Origin: Schmidtea nova
Taxonomy: Eukaryota
Reading direction: 5' to 3'
Assembly: GCA_044892505.1 (NCBI GenBank)
Contig: CM097883.1
Coordinates: 182,094,001 to 182,158,000 of the forward strand
Length of the DNA stretch: 64,000 nt
Part shown: in pieces, positions 36,859 to 44,612 of the stretch
How the letters are laid out: each line of letters opens with the position of its first letter
Position numbering within the stretch: the stretch's first letter is position 1
The notes under the pieces: generated by a model
Databases searched by the model: none
What the model was told of the DNA's origin: nothing
Seen by the model: only the letters and a program-made list of their open reading frames with translations
Made by a program: the position numbers and the translations under genes

Positions 36859-37821
36859 CTACGATTCTGATTCCACCAAATCCAAGAATACCGCAACATC
36901 ATCTTTAATCTGTCTGAAATCCTTCAAATCACAATGAGGTATATCAGTGTTGGCCATGTATTCATCTAATCTCACCATTTCATTGAGAACTAATTTCATT
37001 TTGCTCTTCAATACTGAAATAGCTTGTTGTTGTTTTTGTAATTTGCTCTCCAACACCTCAACATGTTGATTCTTTCTCTCTCGGCATTTTCTGGCAGCTT
37101 CTCGATTCTTTTCCCTCTTGCGTTCAAGCCGTCTGGTTTCATCATTCGAGTTGCCGGATTTCTGATTCAGCGCGAATTTCGTATCAAAAACGGAATGCAA
37201 ATCATTGCGATGAGAAATCAATTGCGGACAGGGATTGAATTGAGTTGCAGTGGTGTTGGGAATAGTTATTGTGTTTGTGCAACTGTTGTACTGATAATTA
37301 TTCGAATACGGCATGTAATTATTATTATTAGGAGGGCATGATTGTATAATCGTTAAACCGGGGGAAATATTTGCTGGGATAAAAGTATTTGAACTAAACC
37401 GATCGGCATTTGGATGAAATAAAATTGCACTAGTCAAATTGGCATTTAAATCAATTCCAACTGGTGATGTATTGTTATTATTGTTAACATTTTGCTGTTG
37501 TTGTGAAACTGACAAAATTTCATCATTTAAGCTGTTTGGATTAGATTTGAAATCTTCATTAATTGCATTGGAAGACTGAGAAAATAGACTAAATTCGAAT
37601 TAACTGAAAATTAGAAAATAATGAGAATTTCAAACTCACTCTGAGATATTAGATTGGGGAGAAATATTGGAAACAGTATTTTGGCAATTGGTAGTATTGA
37701 TAATATTTATCCCAAAAATGTCATTGTTTATTTCTCCATTTATAGAATTGGGATTAAATGAGAAATTATTCTGTAAATATGAGTCATGCTCTATTTTTTC
37801 AGATTTAAATAAATGTTGCAT
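36859..37821 (-). CDS. AP-1 family (Jun/Fos/ATF3-like) bZIP transcription factor; exons 37821-37640 and 37588-36859 (303 aa)
   Basis: Basic region RKREKNREAARKCRERK followed by a heptad zipper. A 51-bp GTGAGT...TTTAG intron (37639-37589) joins the exons in frame. Confidence 0.85.
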
Positions 37822-38249
37822 ATGTTAGTCATACAATGAGTAATAAATGTGTTGTCAAATATTAGGATTTATTTAAACAAGAATGAAACATTTATTTAAT
37901 TAATTATTTTATGTATGTCAATTTTACATATTTTTCTGGTTATTATCTATTTTCTGATTATTTTAGAGAAAAAAAATGATCTTTAACATTTCTTTCAATG
38001 TGAAAAATCTAAATTCAAAATACTGAATTATTAATCAATTTACAAAAATTAAATATTTCTAAGCAGTTTGTAATTTATATAAATCAGCTAAATGTACGAA
38101 AACAATTAAATGTCAGAACATAGCCAATAAATAATTTCAGTAAAGTTTTCTTTTATGTTCAAATGAAATTGAATTCGAGTTTGAAATATATTCAGTTGTG
38201 AAGTGTATTTATGTAACTTATGGTGGGTTATTGGCAAAATGCGAAAACT

Positions 38250-38760
38250 AATTACTGTGGCTCTATCTTCAATAACCTCGCATATAAACAATGACTAACT
38301 ATATTGTTATTCATTACATCGTAACATTGGTTCTGTAACAAGTGAGTAAACATTCGCAAAAAGTGAGCACTGACTGATTCAGAACTATAATTGACCTGTT
38401 GTATTGGGTGGGTTCAAGTGCAACCGATAGAAGGTATAATGCCCATTTTCGCTCCTTCCTCTTTCAACTATCTACACTTTTCTAGTGATACTAACGTAAA
38501 ATTATATCGTTTATTTTCCTGGCGAGTTGCTGGTAAACAAAATAACATTAACTAAAGCTATGGCTCTATTCTTCAACAACCCTACATATAAACTTTGCAA
38601 AACAATCTTGCTACCCGTTACCCAGTAACGATGGAAAAGTAACAAGTAGGCGGACATCTGCAACAAGTGAATTTCGAGTGGGTCAAAACTATAATTGACC
38701 GAATGTTTTGAGTGAGTTTAAAGACGACCGACAGAAGGTATAATGCCCATTTTCTTCCCA
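38250..38760. repeat. Diverged ~300-bp tandem duplication upstream of the bZIP gene
   Basis: GGCTCTAT.CTTCAA..ACC...CATATAAAC, AACTATAATTGACC and AGAAGGTATAATGCCCATTTTC each occur twice, about 300 bp apart. Confidence 0.75.
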
Positions 38761-39255
38761 AACTTAATCTATCTCTTATAAATATTCGTTAAAATTCTTT
38801 TGGTTATTAAAATAAAAATTCACAAATACATTATTAATTAATAAATAAATACTTAATGATTTATTGGATATTCAACGCAAATGACTATTGTTGGGCCAGC
38901 CAAATAGAGAAAAAAAATGAAATAAAAGTAGATTAATTAAAACAAAAAAGAGAAAAATAAGGTAAAAAGGAGAATATTTATTTATTAAAAGAAAGGAATA
39001 ATATAGTAAAAATATAGAATAACTAAGTACAAGCTATAAATAAAAATAAATGAATTTATAGATATTAACGGGCCCAGGAGACATCTAAAAACAAATAAAA
39101 TACAAATAATAATAATTAAAACCAAATAAAAGTACTTGTTATTGAATAATTGTTTTTGAAACCCGGACCTCCAAGGAAGAATACAATCTAAAAAATAAAA
39201 ATTAATTAGAATCAAAAACAATAATTAAAACCCACCATGAAATCGGCCAAATCCG

Positions 39256-39299
39256 ATTGGTCAGTCTAGATCAGACTGATCAGTATAAATACTGATCAG
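39256..39299 (+). promoter_or_regulatory. Putative LTR promoter: inverted CCAAT (ATTGG) plus TATAAATA box
   Basis: The same arrangement lies ~370-395 bp from the LTR start in all three copies (TATA at 27397, 35710 on minus, 39284). Confidence 0.7.
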
Positions 39300-40226
39300 A
39301 CTTTGGATAAAACAGACTTAATACCTAATCTTACAACGTCAGTTGAGAGTGAAAAATTTAGCTCACTAATCAAATAGACTTTGAATTCTAGACGAACCGA
39401 TCGAAGCAAACCCAGACGAATTAGGTATTTTGGTTTCTGTATTATTTTATTTATGAGTGTGTCATTTGCTTTGTCATTTATCTATTGATCTAATTATTTA
39501 TGTGTTTATGCATTCATGTGTTGAAATTTGTTATATGAATTAAACGTTATTGTGATTAGACTCAACATTAAAATATATAATGATCATATTAATTTTGCGC
39601 CGTTGGGAGCTTTAGGTTCCCAAGGTGTCCGTCCGTGGCGTGGTGCTCGAGGGCTCCACACACGGTAAAGTAATAAATAGTAAAGCACAATTTTATTAGT
39701 AGTGGTTGAGACTTGCACATGGGACACCCAACAAATCCGGGAAATTATTTTCTGATCATTTTAGCTACAGAGGGGACGAGAATTTTTTGATAAAGCTTAA
39801 AGATATGAAAGAAGTTGTTAACCGGGAGGAGGCACAATTTTTCACCCTCACCATAACGCAGCTGTTTAATAAACGTCTAATAAACCTTAGGAAAATTATG
39901 TCGACCGCGTTTGGTACAAAAGAGCGTTTTTCGAATAAGCTAGGGATACATGACGGGAGAGAGCTTCCGTTTTAAGTTACCAATATTTTGAAACTCCAAG
40001 CAGACAAATCACCATTTTTTCGTCTATCAAATTGATCATAAACAGATAAAGCTAAGTAGATACGAGAGTAATGCATATTGTAACAAACAACAGTTTTTTC
40101 TTGATTTCAGCTAAGGTCTAAGGGGAAGGCAAATAATAAAGGAATCACGATGAGAGATAACATTTACTATGATTAATTATTGATGTAAATTGTAACTATT
40201 ATAAAATTCAGCATCGTTTTGGAATC

Positions 40227-40703
40227 ATGGCTAAGCATAGATACACTATCAAAAAACGACAAGAACGAGCCCGAGTTAGCCCATTAAAGCCGGCTCCTTT
40301 CGAGATTTTACAGCAAATCCACCAAAAGATGTGGGCATGGCGCCGAGAGCTCGAAACCGCCTGTCCATTTACAGTATGGGACCATCCACGGCACCACGTA
40401 TGGTACCGGGGATGCGCTAGTTGGCCAATCATTCCAGACGAGGAATACGAATCATGGCACGCCGCCTGGTTCATCATGATGTTGGACAAAGGTGGATTCC
40501 CGAGATGTGTCATTTATTGGGGGTTCATTCCAGCCTCTACCTTCAAGGAATTGGGGTTCAAGTTCAATACAGCCATCCGACCCCTCCGAGAAGCTGAGAG
40601 AATCCGTTTCCAGCAGGCCTCGTCCCATAACACAGGAATTCATACAAATTTGCAGATCCGCTCGGTATTTTCGTATCGAGGAAAAATGACCGAGGATGAA
40701 TAG
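40227..40703 (+). CDS. LTR-encoded ORF A (158 aa), unknown function
   Basis: Intact ORF with protein-level conservation (W.WRR, CPF.VW, IYWG.IP, LG) to homologs in both solo LTRs. Confidence 0.8.
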   Translation: MAKHRYTIKKRQERARVSPLKPAPFEILQQIHQKMWAWRRELETACPFTVWDHPRHHVWYRGCASWPIIPDEEYESWHAAWFIMMLDKGGFPRCVIYWGFIPASTFKELGFKFNTAIRPLREAERIRFQQASSHNTGIHTNLQIRSVFSYRGKMTEDE

Positions 40704-41019
40704 CTGAATCAATGGCCGCCTGTTTTTAAATTAAATAAATGTTTTAAAGAATTCTGAAATGTTCGTTTTGTTAATAGTGTTGTCATGTAGATTTAGTATT
40801 GTAGTTGTTATAGTCATTAGGAAATTCATTTATTAATATAAAATTAGTTCAATAAACCTTTTGAGTCTTCAATAATTAGATAGTTAAATAATTTTGCAAA
40901 GAAATCAATAATTAAAAACATTAGTATACATCTCGTTTAATAATAATAATAGTTGTTTAAATAAAATAACATTGTTGATAGGCCCTCCAGTGAATTTATC
41001 GTTATAATCTTCAGACAAC

Positions 41020-41604
41020 ATGCCGACTTCAGAAAATTCGAAGAAAATCATGGGACAAATTCAAGAGAGAAAGCTGAGGGACCAGCAGCGACAGATCAAG
41101 CGACTCACGGTCGCCAATGATGAATTGAAAGCGAAGTGGTTCTCGCCCGAACAGATGAAGGACCAGTCGAAAAAACTCGAGCGAGTGCAGGAAGCATTGG
41201 CTACAACCAAATTGGAACTGGATGCCGTCCAGCGAGAACTCCGAAATTGCCTGAACGCAGTAACAAGAAGTTACATCGACTCCGAATTGCGAGCGCTAAT
41301 TCGGCCGATCACGGCTCAGCGCTGGATACAATGCACTCACCAAGATGTCGCTTGCGGGACGGAAGAGGAAATCATCATGGCACCCACTCTTACAACGGAA
41401 GATTTGCCTATTTTTCCCAGCGATCCCCCGAGAACAATAGCGTCAGCACCGGCCACAAACCCACAGCTTCGAAAGCATCGAATGGGATCGCGACAGCGTC
41501 GTCGTCGCCGAGAATTTGCAAGGCGCCTGGACGAACAAATCCACCACCTGAACTCCTTAACCGAAGCAGAGTTAATCCAGGAGATTAGCCTGGAGTTTGA
41601 ATAG
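41020..41604 (+). CDS. LTR-encoded ORF B (194 aa): coiled coil plus Arg-rich motif
   Basis: Intact ORF, homologous to the ORFs at 29278 and 34096; contains RKHRMGSRQRRRRREFARR. Confidence 0.82.
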   Translation: MPTSENSKKIMGQIQERKLRDQQRQIKRLTVANDELKAKWFSPEQMKDQSKKLERVQEALATTKLELDAVQRELRNCLNAVTRSYIDSELRALIRPITAQRWIQCTHQDVACGTEEEIIMAPTLTTEDLPIFPSDPPRTIASAPATNPQLRKHRMGSRQRRRRREFARRLDEQIHHLNSLTEAELIQEISLEFE

Positions 41605-42137
41605 GAAAATCTCCATGTAACATAACAACCTGTCTTTATTATTTTAATAAAGTATTACTGTGTAAATTTTTTCTCTCATCGTGTGATTTCACTAAATAAA
41701 ATAAGACTACATAAGTAATTCGTAGAACTAAAAATCGCATCGTAAAACCTACACCGACCGTTACTTAGCAGCGAGAGTTTTCGTAGGCTTGTAGAACAGC
41801 GAGGGAGAGCGTCATTGGGAAAAGCGTGTGATAGATCATAAGGATATGTAGTATAAAATTCAGTAGGAAACGAACATCCATAGAATGTAAATGCGTAAGA
41901 CCTTCTATCGGCAGCAAGAACCCGAGGGAAGATAAATGGGGAGTAGTTTTGGCGACAAAGCTCACCTGCCCATCATTTTTCCACCACCGTATGCAGTACC
42001 AACTTGACTAGTAGGGAATAGTCAAGGGCATACGCGTGTAGTAGTCATGTTATGTATGGTTATGGGCGCGGAATCCCTAGTATGATTAATTGTTTATTTG
42101 TATTACTTAAAACCCACCCATAATCCCAGCATAAATT

Positions 42138-42156
42138 TGGGGGCTCAGCCGGGATC
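42138..42156 (+). promoter_or_regulatory. Primer-binding site, tRNA-Pro-like
   Basis: TGGGGGCTCAGCCGGGATC, 6 nt after the LTR end. It is complementary to a tRNA 3' end GATCCCGGCTGAGCCC-CCA and close to the canonical Pro PBS TGGGGGCTCGTCCGGGAT. Confidence 0.8.
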
Positions 42157-42484
42157 AACTTTGTTTTATGCGGAAAAGGTGAACCCAACGACAACAGAGA
42201 AATTTAAAATCAGAAGTTTGTGAGAAAAATAGTAACCGAATAAGTAATCGAGACGAAAGCGAGCTACGTGGAAATAGATCGTTATAAACAGAGAATCAAA
42301 TAAACTGAGTAAATAAAAACAACAACACAATGAAATAGATAAATTAAATAAATGCAATTATAAATAACAGGTCGGGACGACAATTTACCGAAACACGGGG
42401 GGAGGCTATAAAACTGTCAGAAACGAAACACAGTACTACTTTTCGAATAATATTAACACAGTGTTTAAATAAATTATCTAGGAA

Positions 42485-42946
42485 ATGGAGGAAAAACTGA
42501 AAGAAATCGAGGAATTTTTCAACACCAAGAACGATACATTTGAGACAGTCTGCGAAAAAATAACCCGAATAAGAGCATCCGAATATGAGGAACCTACGAC
42601 ACAAACTGAGGAAACAACTGAGTTAATAAAAATCATAGAGAAAGTAAATAAACTCGATATAAATACGCGATATAAATGGTACAAAGCACGATTAGAGGAT
42701 GCCGAGTTGAATATCAGATGCCGACATATAGAACAGCAGTTAAGCCTAACATATAACCGATGGACGTCGCAAGGGGTCGAGGCAGCAAAACAATATAAAC
42801 AATGTTACATATGCGAAAACAGTGAAATCCAAATAATGTTTTTACCATGTGGACATTTTCGATTCTGTAAAAACTGTGCGAATAAGTGTGATGAGTGCCC
42901 CATGTGCAATTTCTCTGTAGCTGATAAAATTGTAGTTTATTTATAA
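42485..42946 (+). CDS. Accessory protein with a C-terminal IAP/Mdm2-type C3HC4 RING (153 aa)
   Basis: CYICENSEIQIMFLPCGHFRFCKNCANKCDECPMCNFSVADKIVVYL* at the extreme C-terminus; no BIR domain seen. Confidence 0.88.
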   Translation: MEEKLKEIEEFFNTKNDTFETVCEKITRIRASEYEEPTTQTEETTELIKIIEKVNKLDINTRYKWYKARLEDAELNIRCRHIEQQLSLTYNRWTSQGVEAAKQYKQCYICENSEIQIMFLPCGHFRFCKNCANKCDECPMCNFSVADKIVVYL

Positions 42947-43419
42947 TAAATATTTAGAGTGTTAATATATTGTATCGAATGACAAAGTCAAGGGAGCAAT
43001 CAACAATGTTAATTAATTTTTGAGCTACTGTCAAGTAGTCCGTTAAGCACCCATTGGGAGGTACCAGTTGATCAACCCACTCGGGGTATATAGAAAGGGG
43101 CCAATCGCAAATGTTGGAAAGCTTTTGTGATGTGATTGATCACCACATCCCGCATTAGTAGACCAACGCGATCTTTTTGTATATTTTGGTTGGGGAGAGA
43201 AATAGGGAAAACCCTGATGAGGTAAGATGCGCGCAGAGAAAATAATAAAAATTGAATTATGACTGATCAGCGAAAGAATTAGTAATAAAACAAAGAATCG
43301 AGGAATTGTAGAGAAAAATAAGAGGTGCATAATCAGCTCGCATGAAATTGAGAGAACTCAGCTGAGAAATTGTAGTCGCTAGCGAAGTTAAGAATTACGA
43401 TTAACCGGTTAAGGAAAAG

Positions 43420-43633
43420 TTATCAGCGGGTTGTCCCTTGAAACAAAGGGTTATTAGAATTTGTCCCTTGAAACAAAGGGTTATCAGCGGGTTGTCCCTT
43501 GAAACAAAGGGTTATTAGAATTTGTCCCTTGAAACAAAGGGTTATCAGCGGGTTGTCCCTTGAAACAAAGGGTTATTAGAATTTGTCCCTTGAAACAAAG
43601 GGTTATCAGCGGTTTGTCCCTTGAAACAAAGGG
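43420..43633 (+). repeat. Array of 7 CCCTTGAAACAAAGGG hairpin cores in alternating 31/30-bp units
   Basis: Cores start at 43435, 43465, 43496, 43526, 43557, 43587 and 43618. Confidence 0.95.
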
Positions 43634-43639
43634 TTGAGG

Positions 43640-43825
43640 CCAAAGAGCCATATTGAATGACCTAGCTAGGCGTTATTGAGAGATATGATTTAAGGCCAAT
43701 AGAGCCATTTGAGATAATTGAGATATGAATTTAAGGCCAATAGAGCCATTTGAGATAATTGAGATATGAATTTGAGGCCATAAGAGCCATTTGAGATAAT
43801 TGATATTAATTAGAGGCCAAAGGAG
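43640..43825 (+). repeat. ~41-bp tandem repeat (AGGCCAATAGAGCCATTTGAGATAATTGAGATATGAA-like), about 4 copies
   Basis: Direct sequence. Confidence 0.85.
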
Positions 43826-43849
43826 CCAATAGGGATATCCGGATATATA

Positions 43850-44062
43850 GTAACGGAGGGAATATAGGCCCAGGGTTACAATTGTTGAGTAGCAACGGAG
43901 GGAATATAGGCCCAGGGTTGCAATTATTTAAAATTAAAGGAAGATAGTAACGGAGGGAATATAAGCCCAGGGTTACAATCGTTTGAGTAGCAACGGAGGG
44001 AATATAGGCCCAGGGTTGCAAGTGATAAGAAATAACAACAGAGGGAATATAGGCCCAGAGTT
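43850..44062 (+). repeat. Five copies of AACGGAGGGAATATAGGCCCAGGGTT with variable spacing
   Basis: Direct sequence. Confidence 0.88.
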
Positions 44063-44612
44063 GTGATCGTCGACGATAATGAGAATAGTGCGCACCGATA
44101 ATAGAGAAATGCGAGTAAAGCTGATTATGCGACCTAAAATAATGCATGCAAGTAGAATCGAGAAATAGGAGCTGACCGGAAAGACCGGCAGAATTAATAA
44201 TTAGAGGCTAGCAGAGAGAAAGATAAAGAGATGAAAAAATAATAATCGAGTCAAATGACTCAGGGAATTAGAGCGTTCGAACGACAAATAAATTGGGAGA
44301 CCGCGGGAAAAATAATCGATGTATTTTAATAACCGATAGATAATTGTTATGACTAAATAGATAATTGTGACTAGTATATAGATAATTTAAATAGACTTAA
44401 ATAAAGGGGAATCTGGGAATGGGGAAAAATAATAGAAACCCAGTAATGAGAAGTCCCGTAAAAAGGGAATAAAAGCGCAACGATAACAATAGAGTATCGT
44501 TGAAGTGACATTTGTATTTTAGATAAATCAATCAAACCAAACCAATCAACTAAGGAAGAAAAGAATCGGAACACGATAAGACAGGAAAATTGAGTATACA
44601 AAAGTAATCCCG

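Larger units (their letters stand above)
38889..42131 (+). repeat. 5' LTR (3,243 bp)
   Basis: Imperfect inverted termini TGTTGGG...CCCAGCA; immediately followed by a PBS; boundaries match the two TSD-flanked solo copies. Left flank CTAT is the predicted TSD. Confidence 0.9.

Noticed and set aside
39706-39975. Third LTR ORF (89 aa)
   Set aside because: TTG start and no visible homolog in the two solo LTRs.
42138-42156. tRNA gene
   Set aside because: Only a 19-nt complement to a tRNA 3' end including CCA, i.e. a PBS; no cloverleaf.
43420-44062. CRISPR-like repeat arrays
   Set aside because: Linkers are two alternating fixed sequences or short variable stretches, not unique spacers; the context is eukaryotic and there are no cas genes.
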